In this document: piece after piece, positions 25,908 to 40,194 of the stretch | How the letters are laid out: every line of letters starts with the position of its first letter | How positions within the stretch are numbered: position 1 is the first letter of the stretch | Assembly (NCBI GenBank): GCA_012295275.1 | Contig: CM022666.1 | Location: forward strand, 14,756,001 to 14,820,000 | Direction: 5' to 3' | DNA length: 64,000 nucleotides | Source: Chrysomallon squamiferum | Taxonomy: Eukaryota; Animalia; Mollusca | Program-made: the position numbers and the translations under genes | The notes under the pieces: model-generated | Told to the model about the DNA's origin: nothing | Database searches by the model: none | What the model saw: the letters and a program-made list of their open reading frames with translations, nothing else

Positions 25908-26729
25908 ATTAATACTAGAATAAATAAGAAATAAGAAATAGTTCACCATCTCTCCCTGCCCTGACGGAAGAAAGATTTGTAGAAATATTTATTAACCATA
26001 TTTGCAATAGCTTCTCTTTATACCATACAGTCCAATCCAGTATAATATATATTTTTTTCTTTCTGTCACACGTTTCGATAAATATAATAACCAATAACAA
26101 TCTACTATCTATGTATAAAATAATTATCTATCATCAGTGTACGCGAGATTAAACAGGAAAAAAAAAATACTCTATGTAGTTCGCAGTAATTATACTGGAG
26201 CATCTTCCATCTAAAGCCGAAAATAAAAGTACATTTTCTTTCAGACGCACACAGTACGAAACACTCTAAAACGTTTCTCAGAAAAGTGTTTTTTCTGGAA
26301 TTTTTTATCCGGAAGAGGAAGGGTTAATTCCGTATTTGGTTAATGGGATAGGATTCTCTATTACAGCTTTGTAAAGCGGAGAAAGACAATGAAAGGATGA
26401 AAAAAAAAAAAGAGACTGTGATTTACTGCCTGAAGTAAATTATCGGTTTCTTCAGCTTGCGTGTCTCGGCTCCGTGTTTGACCAAGTCTTCTATTACAGT
26501 TAAAACTTCAAACATCTTGCTCTTTTAACGTCACTTTGTGACCAACATTTCATCGCTTGTTTACAGCCTTGTTTAAACATTATCAGATCGATGTAAGCAG
26601 CGTTATGATTTAAAAGAAAACTGTTGTAATAGCGACTTCATAAATTACTATGATAAAATATATATATATTAGTGTTATTATTATTTTTGTTATTTAATCA
26701 AGTGATGGCATGTTGTATGATAATTTACA

Positions 26730-27095
26730 CACATGCACACACAAACACATACACAAACACATACATAAACACAGACAGACGTCCATACAGAACACAAAGC
26801 ACACTCGTGTACACAGACACAGAACCACATATCCATAGACACAGCATGCACACGTACAGAAACACATAGACAAACATCCATACACAGAGACACACACAAA
26901 CACAAACACAGAGACACACACACAAAAACACAGAGACACACACACATACAGAAACACAGAGACACACACAAACACAAACACAGAGACAAACACATACACA
27001 AACACAGAGACAAACACATACGCAAACACAGAGGCACACATACACAAACACAGAAATACACATAGAGAGAAATGGATACACACACTCACATACAC
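26730..27095. repeat. CA-rich complex simple repeat; TG-rich counterpart at ~30490-30965
   Basis: Directly visible. These explain the Cys/Val-rich ORFs. Confidence 0.9.
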
Positions 27096-28516
27096 AAACA
27101 CTTTTTTGTTTTCTATTGTTTCTTTTCAAATCGACATTGTGCTGATACGATGCTCACATTTCATTAGTGATACAGCACTTGTATTTTGAAACGTTTGTTA
27201 GATTTTTATATTTATTTTGTTTAATGTTGTTCTTTTGAAAAATACTGATCGGTCCCAATACGTAACTTTTAAGTTCTTTTCTTCTTATTCCATTTTGTCT
27301 ATAAAAGAAGTAAGAATATATATAAAAGAGGTAAGAATTAAAAAAAATAAGCCGTCCTTTTATTCAGAAACATAATGTGTTAGACTGACTCGTCAAATTT
27401 ATTACTTCATCATTTCTTCTTCTTCTTCTTATTTTAAATCATTAACATCATCTCATCATCTCATCATCGTCGACGTTACCATACGTGAAGTCTTCTTCTT
27501 CTTCTTCTCATTATTATTATTATCATCATCACTGTCATCATTATTTAAATGCCATTAAACCTCAAACACTGTTCTTGCGATATGTTTAATATAATAATAA
27601 TAATAATAATAATAGTAATAATAATAATACTAATAATAATTATTATTATTATTATTATTATTATTATAATTATAATAATGATGATGATGATGATGACAAT
27701 AATAATAATAATAATAATAATAATTATAATTATAATAATGATGATGATGATTATGATAATAATAATAATATAATAACAATAACAATAAAAATAACAACAA
27801 TACTACTACCACTACTACTACTAGTACTACTGATATTACTACTACTACTAGTACCGCTACTAATAATTACAATCATAATAATAATAATAATAATGTCTAC
27901 GTAACAGTGAGATCAGAGACACATTCCTCTGTTTATTTTCCTAAATCCTGTTTTATTGTTCAGATGATAGGTGACTTCTCACAGGTCCGCAAAATCATCA
28001 ATCGACAGGAATCGATCGTTTGTTCTGTCGTTCAGCTATTGTATTATTGATTACTAAAATACACTAAATTAACCTTTTGACACTGGCTAATGGAGTAGCC
28101 ATAAAGCAATCACAAATTACTTGATAAAATTGGATAAATACTGTAACGACAGTCTTTTAAGATGACGTTGTCATAGTTGTTGTCAATGCCATCTTCAGCA
28201 CGAGCAACAACTTAGGTTATTATCGTTACAGTTACCACCTTCACACAAATCGTAAATATCAACATCGTCATCATCATCATGTTATTATTATTATTACTGT
28301 TGTTGTTGTTGTTTTTATTATTACTGCTGTTATTATTATTGTTGTTATTATTACCGTTGTTGTCGCTGTTGTTTTTATTGCTGATGTTGCTGTTGTTGTT
28401 GGTGATGTTGCTCTCACTTTCATCATTATTATTAGTATCATATTCATTGTTTTCATTGTCATCTTCATAGTTATTTTTGTTGTTGTTGCCATTACTATAG
28501 TTGTTGTTATTGTTAC

Positions 28517-28547
<31 letters not shown>

Positions 28548-28682
28548 AATACCATATCCATATTTTAACTATCCTGAAATGTCAGTTCATAAAATTTATC
28601 AGATTGTCAGACATAGTATAAGTGCTTTTAACGGTAATAAATAAATAAATAAATAAAGATATAAAGAAAGAAAGAAAGATAG

Positions 28683-28744
<62 letters not shown>

Positions 28745-29823
28745 TAAGAAAGAAAGAGAAAAAAAAAAAAAAAAAAAAAAAAAAACGTGATATAAGCCCC
28801 CGGCTATGGACGTTAATTAGCACTTCAATAATTTATACGTGAAAAGCTTGCCACGTTTATCCATTATAATTTTTTTTTTTTTAAAACACTGTGAAAACGT
28901 TTTATCAATATACACAGCCATAGGTGTTGCACTGTCAAGATAACCGACACCTGCCAACGCGATTACTCCTAATCAAAAAAACAGCATCTCACTCTTCAGG
29001 GGCAAGATCATAATTAATCTCCCATGGTTGTGGTGCTGGCGGCATCCATGTTATACCAGACACGAACTGGCCAAACGTCTTCCCTGGCCGAAGAAAAAAT
29101 GTCACCGCTTGTCACTGTCGCACGCTTGCTTCAATAACAGTTTCGTAACACACACTGTTCATAAACAAACTGGTTAAGCCTTCGCTTAGACGAATGCCGC
29201 GTTCTCGGATCGTAGCCTTGCGGCAGCTGTGAACAAAACTGTCTGGTGTTGAGATTACTACAACGTCTTTCTGACCTTAGACTAGCGCTCTGTTATACTG
29301 TCTCTATTCTTTCACTAGTCATCTGTTATACTATTCTATAAGCCGTTATTATATCATCTCTACTCTCTCAATAAGTTTATAATATTAATAGTAATAATAA
29401 TAATAATAATAATGATGATGACGATAATGATGATGATGATGATGATGATAATGATGAAAATAATAATAAAATAAAATTGATGAAGAAAAAAGTAAAATAA
29501 AAAGAAGAAGAAGTGAATATTCTCTTAACAAATGTAATTGTGAAAATACAATGAAATACGTTGTCAGTAATAAAAACTGAATATTGACTTAATATCTACG
29601 ATTTTACACGAAAGAAAGCCGATAGATGGGGTTACTGTTGTTACAGTGGTGTCTATGGTAACAAGCTTTTTGAAACAGTTTATGTGAAACGAGAAGTCGT
29701 TACTGTTTTACCTTGAATGTTAATTAACTTAATTAATATTAATTATAGAGGTAATGCATTTTATATGTCATGTAGAGGAGCGAAAATCTGAATATATGAA
29801 CAGGTAAAATGAGAAGGTGAGGC

Positions 29824-29932
<109 letters not shown>

Positions 29933-30057
29933 GAGAGAGCGAGAGAGAGAGAGAGAGAGAGACGTACATAAATTTTGACAAACAGTATTAATAATAATAA
30001 TAATAATGATAATAAACTGCTAAAATTTCTAAGAACCAAGAATATACCAAAACGTAC

Positions 30058-30100
<43 letters not shown>

Positions 30101-32118
30101 ACTTAGATGTCACAGACAGTACTTTATCCGGCGTCAAGAAAATTTCATACTCAATTATAACTCTGCACACCGGAGAAACTCTATCTTTCCATCAACAGTC
30201 TATTGAAAAGGCTCTCGACTTCATGAAAATACATTTGCAGATACGATTTCATTTCTCGGAGTCTGCCGAACCGCTAACCTCCGTACAGGAATCTGATTAC
30301 GTATAAATTGTTTCTGGACGTGGATGATGTAAAATGGAACGAATTCTCATTACATTATGTCATACTGATAACACACTGATACAGTCTCTTTAAACAAAAT
30401 GTATAAACTTCTATCCATCATTGAGATTGTTCATTTTAAAATAAACTGTTCTTGCGGGGGAAATTATGTACTGTTTGTAGGTCTGTCTTGTGCCTCTGTG
30501 TGTATGTGTAGTGTCTGTGTATGTGTCTCTGTGTGTATGTGTATTATGCGTGTGTCTCTGTGTGTATGTGTATGTGTATATATTGTGCGTGCTGTGTGTA
30601 TGTGTAGTGTCTGTGTATGTGTCTGTGTGTATGTGTGTTATGTGTGTGTCTGTGTGTGTTTCTATGTGTGTATTTGTTTGTATTCTGCATGCTGTGTGTA
30701 TGTGTTATTTCTCTGTGTGTGTGTGTTCTCTGTGTGTATTTCCATGTATTCTGCGTCTGTTATGTGTCTGTATTTATGTATTATGCGTGCTCTGTGTTTG
30801 TGTGCGTGATATATATGTGTGTGATATGTGTGTGTTTAGTGTAATTGTATTTTTATGTTTTTATATATATATAATACATACAAATATATATATATATATA
30901 TATCATTTTTGTGTTTTGTGTGTGCCATGTTTGTAACACATGATTGTGTGTGTATGTCAGTGTGTGTCATAAGAAAGAGAAACATAACGTATATTAGACA
31001 ACGAAAAGTCTCCTATAAATAGATAAATAAATTGAATAGTTATTCATCTACTGCAAATCGATAATTATTTTGGCAGTAAACGCTTCTTTGTGTAGGTAAT
31101 TTAAACGGAAATGAATTTAAAATAATAATAAACAAATAAATAAATAAACAAACAAACAAATAAATAAATAAATAAATAAATTTATGAATATATAAATAAA
31201 TAATAATAACAACAACAACAACAATAATAATATTTTTAATAATATTAATAACATATATTAAAAAAATCCACAAAAAAAAAAAAAAAAATTCAAATAAAAA
31301 AGATAAAATTAAAAAAATTAAACAGATTTAAAAAATAAGAAAAGAAAAAGAAAAAATACAAAAGAAAAGAAAAGAAGAAACGAAAAACGAAACCAAGCAT
31401 GTATCAATCCACGCATCATTTGTAAAGTTGCTAAGCACACACTTGAAAGTGATGTCAAAACAAAAATTAAATTGTACTAAGAAAAGAAAAAAAGATAATA
31501 AAAAACAAAAGGGAAATGAACTCTAAATGAAACTTATACAAACTCTACAATTTCGACGACTTTTGTGAGTAACAGAGACGTGGAAAACACTGTTAAATTT
31601 TTTGAAATAGAAACTCCATTTTAAACAGTGTGAAAACAAAATTAACTTTATCCGCTGTGAGTGTGAACGTAATTCTGTGTGTGAACGTAATTCTGAGTGT
31701 GAACTTAGGTGATCGTTACAGAAGAGGTAAAAGTAGAATAGGTAAAAATATTTACGTTCAGTAGACACCGGGATTAAAACTTCCTTACTAGAATTATTTC
31801 TCTATTGTAACAGGCATTCGACGTAAATAATTACACATTTTTTTTTCCCGTTCCAAAATATACCCTTCCTTGTTCTTGTTATTCTCAGTGTAATGTCTAT
31901 TTTATTACAATTCGTATTATTTTGGTTTAATATGAATAGTTATTTATATAACAATGCAGTGTTTTAATATAACATGATTAACTATTTCTACTACAATAAT
32001 ATGATATTTAAAACAAAATATAGTATTATAAAATTATGAATTTTGATAGGAAAACCTTTTTGGTTGGCTGCCATCGACTTTCTTTCTTCTTCTTAATTTT
32101 TTTTTTTCTTTTCAATTT

Positions 32119-32167
<49 letters not shown>

Positions 32168-32486
32168 CTTTTTTTCTTTCTTTTCCACCTGCTCCTGTGC
32201 TCAGTGAAAAACAAACCAAACAAACAAACATGGGGGATTTCCAACAGGCGAACACAAGTGGGTTGTTTCCGCAGCTCTGATATTCAGCTGAGGATCTTTT
32301 GCTGAAAACGTTCATCACAAAATGTTCATAAATTGAAGAATTGTCAACCGAGTGGTTGGAACGGGTAATTAATGAAAGGGGACAGCGGTGAGCTTTGTTT
32401 TCATTGCTCACCATTCTCTCACTCAAATGATCAGTTTCCAATGTTCAGATTATAAACCATTTATTCATTATTATTATTTTTTTTTA

Positions 32487-32555
<69 letters not shown>

Positions 32556-33361
32556 TATTATTATTAATATTAATATTATTATTATTAGTAGTAGTAGTAG
32601 TAGTATTATAATGATGATGGTGATGATGATAACAACAACAACAACAACAACAGCTAGCAGTAGTAGTAGTAGTACGAGTACTACTAACAGTAATAATAAT
32701 AACAACAACAACAACAATAAATAAATGAATAAATAGAAGCAAACGTTTGATGTTGTATAGTGCGTCGCGTACATTTAACGTAAATTGAATGATCCAGTAA
32801 AATCAATCAACTGCAATATCCATCGCGCTCGACAGTTTCACTTGCAGCTTTGACTAAGAAATATAAACATACATATAAACAGAAACACTTTTATCTAATG
32901 GCGCTTCTTCATGCGTTATTAATTTCATATCCATTTGACATGAAAGCTGCTGTTGTCCTTATTCACGTGTGAAATAGTAAATTATCTTCTGTGTCGTTAC
33001 TACTAGGACAAACGCGACTATTAAACTGAACGTACAGTGACTGGTAAATTTACAAACCACAGTTATTCTATGCAATCATCATGACGGTATTTATAATACG
33101 TCCGTTCGTACTTGAATCCATCCAATTTCTCGCTTAGTTAATTACGAATGTACATACATACATACATACATACATACATACATACATACATACATACAAA
33201 ACATACATACAAACACACACACATACAATAATACATACAGATACATACACATACATACATACATACAGACAATCATACAGACAGACAAAAACGTATCTAC
33301 TGAAATACAGCTGCTTTGTAAGATTGAATAATTATAGACGATATTTTCGTTTTTCTCTAGC

Positions 33362-33404
<43 letters not shown>

Positions 33405-33777
33405 CATCATCATCATCATCATCATATTATTATTTATATGCTTTATAATTCTGGTAGAAAAACAACGTATGACATTTCATTATATTTTTAAAATTAATTT
33501 TCTGGTAGAAGCATACTTTCAGATTGTTTTGTGTATTAATAAACGTCATATTCCTGCTACAGAATAGTTCTCACCTAATTCGCTGATACATTGTCAGCAA
33601 ACTTTCGTTACATTAAGCTCTCTGGAAGTAAAACGTTACAACAAAACAGTCATTAACCGCGAGAAAAATATCACGGTTGAAAGTGCTGCTGGAAATAAAC
33701 AAATAAACATATGGAGGTGATAATACTGACATCAATAAAAAAGAAAAAAAGTAATTACGATGAACTGTACAAAATGT

Positions 33778-33809
<32 letters not shown>

Positions 33810-34576
33810 CCCCTGTTGTTAACCTGTGTTTCGGAACCAGTAGCATTATGAAAAGATATCCAGTTAATATCAGTATCTCAACGCTAATTCCGGAATCTAA
33901 GCATGTGGGCTTTGATAGACGTAAACGGTGGCTGAACCTTCGATAACAGTAATACGTAACTAATCCTTCCATAAACCAGAATGAGTAGTTTGAACCTTCG
34001 ATAGACATAACTATCGAAGCTTCGGTAGACACGATGAAGAACTGAACCGTCGACACAATGTGTTGTTTACCTTGGGTTTATGACCGTATGAATGTCACTA
34101 TGAATTATTTTGTTTGTTTAATTACTTATTTTATTTTATTTTATTTTATTTTATTTTATAGCGTTGTTTTTTTTTGGTTTTTTTTCTCTTTTTTTTTTTT
34201 TACGTATCATCTACGGCTTCATATCTTCTTTGATTAAGTTGTTATCTCTCTGCATAATCACGTGATCAGTCGTCGTCAGGTAACAACAACAACAACACTA
34301 ATCAAAAAAAGAAAAGCTTATCTTGATGTTCTTTTTGTAAAACCTTTTGTGAAAGCAACAACACATCAAATACGATGTCAAATAAAATAATTGTCAGTCC
34401 TGCAAAATTAAAAAAAAACTCCTACGTGGATCGTCTGTGCTTGCTACTGGGAGAGAGACAGAATAATAAATTATTCAGATCAGAGATCAAATTCAAATAA
34501 AACGTGCTGATCAATTGGATCACGGACTTCAGGTTAATAATTTACTGTGTTTACTTTGCTAGTCAAAGTGTTTATT

Positions 34577-34608
<32 letters not shown>

Positions 34609-35255
34609 ACGATTTTTATAGTTAGACGAAAGTGGTAAAATATATAATAATAAAATAAATAAGATAAAAATACGAAACAAAATAGAAAATATTCTTATAC
34701 GTTATTGGTACGAATACTACTACTAATAATAATACTAATATTAATAATAATAACTATAACGAATACGATAATAATAATGTTGATGATGATAACAATGATG
34801 TTGATGATGATGGTAATAATACTGATGATTAGTAAACTAATAAAACAATATAAGAATAATTATTTTTAATATAACAATAACTTTTTTGAAACGTTCGTTA
34901 ATTTATTATTATTGTAGTTGTTGTTGTTATTATTATTATTTCACTTTTGTAATATAAATGATATACGTAAAGAATAAACGTGCGTTATGCATATTAAGGC
35001 TAATCATGAAGCGTTTTTATGACATACGAGTTGCTCTCATTATTTAAGTGATAACCAACCAACAGAAATGTTTGAAATTTTGTATATTATTATCAGTATA
35101 ACTGTTATATATTTATAAAAATAATAAACAATTCCGGAAACTGCAATGATGGATGTATCACACATTAAATGAATAAGAATGAAAAGGGAGTAGAAGAGAA
35201 AGAAGAACAGATATTTACACAAATGTTTAAAATGGAAGAAAACGACGAGCGCCAT

Positions 35256-36428
35256 CTACAACGAGGTACTTTGAATTTCCCCAAAGGAAGATAACTCTAT
35301 ATGATTAACACTTTCTCGGTTTTCGGCCATTTTTTCCCAAATTGCATCGTTCGAATACAGCACTACCAAACCGTTTCTTCTCTCAAGCTGGTTCTCCTGA
35401 ATTATGTTTTTCAGGTGTCGATGAATCTTTCGTTTCGCCTTGTAAGAGAGACACGACTGCAGATACGTCGAACAGAAGATGTGTCTGAACGTTATGCCGA
35501 AACAGAGATACACAAAACAGTTGAGCGAAAAATTAGCGTAGTAAAAAAGTTCAAATATTCGCTGCAGACGAAACGCATCTATTATAAGTCCGTCGGAATT
35601 GAGAAAGAACATGATTATAATTCTGAGTCGGATGGCGTGACTTGGAGTGTGCAGCAAAATGAAAACGCTGGACACGGCAAACAACATCTTCGTCACTCTG
35701 CTGTGTGGACTGTCGCACAGGAACGCCATGGCGTTGTGCCGTCCGAGGCGTCGTAGTCGCTTCCGTTTCTTGTAGCACTCGTAAATGTTCATTGTGATGG
35801 CTACGAGGAGCACGATGATGACCACGGACGGCAGCACGAGGGTTAACGTCGTGTCCGCGAACGTGAACCCTTTCACGATAGCCAGGTGCTGTTTCAGCAT
35901 TATGCACTTCGACGTTCCGTTCACCATCTCGATGCCAGCCGTCCACAGCGGGAAGTTGTACACCAGGACGGAAACGAGGCACATGACGAAAATGACTCCT
36001 TCGGCAACCTCCGGCTTGCAGAGCTGCGGCACGAACTTGAAGTGGGCGATCCGAATGTAGTTCTCGAACGTAATGAACACGATGCACCACACCGATATAA
36101 AGCCGCAAATGTAAGTGACGAAAATCACCATCTGGCAAATGCCGTGCACGTGGAAGAGGGGGACGTCAACGCGGTCCAGCCACACGATGAACAGCGCCAT
36201 GAGGAACATCGTGTCCGCTATGCACTTAGCGGCGAGGTACAAACAACACGACTTATCGCGAAGAACTTTTCCAAGGAGAACTATGATGGAGAGAACGTTT
36301 CCAAACGTTCCTATGATGCAGACAATAGGAATCATAATCTTCTGGAAAGACATGATGGACAGATAAAGATAATCCTCCTCTAGAGCAGTGAGAAACTTCT
36401 CTGGGTCTCTAGAACCGTTCGACTCCAT
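35256..36428 (-). CDS. Rhodopsin-class (class A) GPCR, invertebrate FMRFamide/peptide-receptor-like orphan, 390 aa, intronless CDS
   Basis: Seven hydrophobic segments. N-glycosylation sequon NGS; TM1 GTFGN; TM2 YLAAKCIAD; Cys at the top of TM3 (GICQ) and in ECL2 (SKC); TM3 end FENY; TM5 LVLP; TM6 FILLHTPSH; TM7 YYANFSLNCFVY; helix 8 GITFR. Confidence 0.93.
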   Translation of the reverse strand: MESNGSRDPEKFLTALEEDYLYLSIMSFQKIMIPIVCIIGTFGNVLSIIVLLGKVLRDKSCCLYLAAKCIADTMFLMALFIVWLDRVDVPLFHVHGICQMVIFVTYICGFISVWCIVFITFENYIRIAHFKFVPQLCKPEVAEGVIFVMCLVSVLVYNFPLWTAGIEMVNGTSKCIMLKQHLAIVKGFTFADTTLTLVLPSVVIIVLLVAITMNIYECYKKRKRLRRLGRHNAMAFLCDSPHSRVTKMLFAVSSVFILLHTPSHAIRLRIIIMFFLNSDGLIIDAFRLQRIFELFYYANFSLNCFVYLCFGITFRHIFCSTYLQSCLSYKAKRKIHRHLKNIIQENQLERRNGLVVLYSNDAIWEKMAENRESVNHIELSSFGEIQSTSL

Positions 36429-38213
36429 TGTTATTTGTAGGTGTTAAAACAAATTATTGTATTTTCCTCCACTTCGATCAGAGCATACGTTTCCTCTACG
36501 ACAAATATTTGTAAGTCACGTATTTAATACACAAACCACCCATCATTACTATCTTTATTTGTTTACCTGGTGATGTTAACTCAGCAACTTTCGCTTTCAT
36601 CGCACGAAGAGTTCTTCGTCAGCTAAAATATCCTTCTTTCGTTCAGTCAGCTGTGTGTAACAGGCAAGCGATATTTTCCCGTACCTCGTATCACAGATGT
36701 CGAAAACATTTATTTTTTTGTTTTATTATTATTTTTTTAAATATGACGATCTCATCAAACCCACGGCATGATCACATATTAAGTTTCCCAAAATTTAACT
36801 CCCGAGAGAAAGACCAATGAAAGATCACGTGTATCTGAACACAGAAGTAGGCGTCGTCTTAACGTCGCTTGTTCCCGAGCTTCCGCGCCAAACTACGTCT
36901 ATTGATCGCAGACGACATGTGCGCACTGCTTTCAGACCTCCTGGCGGATAGCGACCTTTTATGTTATCATTACGCCAGCAAGAACATAGATCTTGATGAG
37001 AATAAATATTTTATGACTGGACTGAGCGTAACTGAACGCACCAATGTATGAGCATATGTGAGGGCTGATCGATGACATAAACCGTTTTAAACTCTGCAGA
37101 CAGAATATTTTCGGTGATGAATGACAAATAACATGAGAATTGGTGTCTTTTTTTTTTAACATTTTCACAACAGTTTGTGTATACATTACACACACATACA
37201 CACAATCTCACACACATACAAATATATATATACAAACATACATATATGCATACAAACATACATACATACATTCATATATGCATACATTCATAAATACATA
37301 CAAACATACATACACATATACATTCGTACATAATACATTCATATATGCATACATTTATAAATACATACATACATACATACGTGAACGCGTACGTATGCAC
37401 CTATTCACATTCATATATAGGTACGTACGTACGTACGAACATGCATAGTAGTAGTAATAGTGGTAGCTGTTAATATTGTAGTTTTATAAGCAGTAGTAGA
37501 AAATTATTAACAACAATAAATACAAATAGCAACAAGAACAAGAAAAAGAACAACAACAGTAACTGTACAATAATAATCATGATATTGATGATGACAACAA
37601 CTACAACAACAACACTAATAATAATAATAACCATAAGAAGAAGAAGAAGAAAAGATAGTGTATACTGATATATATATATCTGTATTAATTAGCCCGAACA
37701 TTTTACATTCACGCCAAAGTAATTAACTTGTGTCGCGCTCCATTAGAATCTGTAAGTTGCATATATCGGATTATCGATTATCGCGTTTTATCCAATTATC
37801 AACTAAATATCCTTCGTTCACAGTCAACTGTCTATTCTTATCCGGTAATTGTTCGGTAATAACATCGGTCTTAAAAATCACTTGATTGTTTTATTGAATT
37901 TTTCTTCTTCTTTCGTTTATTCGTTCTCGCAGCGTTCTTCTTGATTTTCATTTTAAATGTTTCTGTTTGTTATTCAATAAATTGAATTTTCATATCGCTA
38001 ATCGCTAAATAACCGTGTCACAACATTTACTTTGCTCGAGGCGTAACATATGCTTCGTTGTAAGCAACTTGAGCGGCGCGATGGAAATTTAAGGTTGCTA
38101 TGCTTCATATCGATCTCCAAAGTCGATAGTGTTACTTCTGTTAGCTTTTAACGAAACCGAAGTCAGCGAACTAGAAAGGCCTGTAGAGTGAGAAACTTTA
38201 AATTTAACGAAAA

Positions 38214-38288
<75 letters not shown>

Positions 38289-38663
38289 TGTGCGTGCGTG
38301 CGTGCGTATGTGTATTTAAGAATTAAAAAACACACTGGCACAGGAATCTCTTTTTATTATTTAAAAAAAAAAAAAAATGCTCTAATTTTATCTCTAGGGA
38401 TTCGAGTTGACTTAAAGCTGACCATTGTAATGTATATTACAGTGCGGTTTGGTCCTTTGTCTATATGTTTATTATTTTGGTATCATATTTACATAGACAT
38501 AAAACCTTTTAAAACTATAGACAAATGCGTTCAGAGATGTTTAAAAACACATTTTCAGAACAAAACATTTTTAAATCTATTTAAAACTATTTCACATATG
38601 TGTGTATATGTATGTATTATGTATGTATGTATTTATATATATATATATATGTATGTATGTATG

Positions 38664-38697
<34 letters not shown>

Positions 38698-39162
38698 TGT
38701 ATGTATGTATATAGTATACATGTATTTCTGTATATATTTGCGTATGCGATATGCATGTAAACACTCGATATCGGCTTTGTTCGGATTTGCTGATGTGCAC
38801 TTTCATTTCTTTACATTTCTTTTCACATCAAATTTGATGACAGCCATCCCTACAAAGTTACATATCACCTCACCTATTTTTAGCTGATATCTTTCTTCAT
38901 TTGATCAACGATTTCTTGTTTTTCCATTAATGTAAAGATTTTCTAGAAATTGTTCCTGACGAATGAGGAAATAAATAAATAAATAATAAAAATAAAAGTC
39001 TACAAGTAGACGTTTCCATGAATAGTTTATGCACTGTTGATGCTGTTTGAAAGCAATTACTGAAGGTACCAGAGTCAACAGACGTGAAGTGATGGAATCA
39101 TCTTGATAGACAGACACCTACTGAGTGTATTTGCATCTGCCCCGTCTCTTTGGTTTTTCGAA

Positions 39163-39200
<38 letters not shown>

Positions 39201-39759
39201 CAATTTAGAATAGGTAAATGCATTGAAAATTAAAATAATAATAAATAAATAAATAAATAAAAATACTTATTATTATTCTTATAACCACTATTTCGATTAA
39301 AACATTGCGCATGCTTACCATTTCGATCCCGATTGACGTTTGAACCTACGACCTATCGATCCTGATGTCCAAATGTCCGCTTCATATTTTGACTTTTCTA
39401 AATCTGTCTTTACCGTCCCTTCTAAATGCGTCTTTATTAGCTTATCTGCTCCTAAAGTGTTCGCTCTGTCCATCTCTGTCTGTTATAAGTTCTGTTATTT
39501 ACTCGCGATCTCTTTTAGCACGTATAATGACTATAGAGAGAACAGTATCTTTGCCAGTGAGTAGAAGCTTGAAATTAATGTCAGAACTTATGGCTCATAA
39601 CAGTAACTGATGTGACCAGAAGATCTGGAATCGTGTCAGCAGAGGCTAAACGGAGACGAAACGAGACTGGATATTGCCCGCTGAGTTACAGTTATTTCTA
39701 ATTATAGAAACTTGCTGTAGCTCGAGATCAGATTAAAATTTAGTTTATTGTTTTCATTG

Positions 39760-40005
39760 GTATGGTGACTGACATTCGTCATGCCCACTACAACCACCAC
39801 CACGATATCGACAACAATCATTACCACGGCATCAACCACCATCATTATCATTACATCAGACACCATCATCACCACTACAACCGATGTCGTCATCATTACT
39901 GCAGTTATCGTCATCATCATCGTTATGATCACTGGAACCATTGCCATCATCATCACTACAGCTACCTCCATTATCATCACTTCAATCATCAGCATCATCT
40001 TCAAC
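39760..40005. repeat. Degenerate (CAT/CAC)n trinucleotide repeat
   Basis: Directly visible. It explains the His-rich and Thr/Ile-rich ORFs in three frames. Confidence 0.85.
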
Positions 40006-40194
40006 TAATTTGTTCTTTAAAAAGAAAATGGTTTCAGTGAATATAATTATATTTTTATTTCTGGTTTGAGAGTTTTGTGAAAGATTCTCTTCCGTAATTC
40101 AATCATCAATATTAAAAATCCCGTTTCATGAAACATCTTATCATTGATTCAAAATTCACGAACTTAATTTCATCACTATGTAAATAACCCTGGG

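Noticed and set aside
35301-36383. Overlapping and antisense ORFs across the GPCR (151, 195, 91, 165 and 83 aa)
   Set aside because: These are expected shadows of a GC3-rich hydrophobic CDS and have no recognisable protein features.
33779-36428. GPCR as a recent retrocopy with a poly-A tail at 33779-33809
   Set aside because: Intronless CDSs are normal for this GPCR class, long A/T runs are common across the window, and no target-site duplication is evident.
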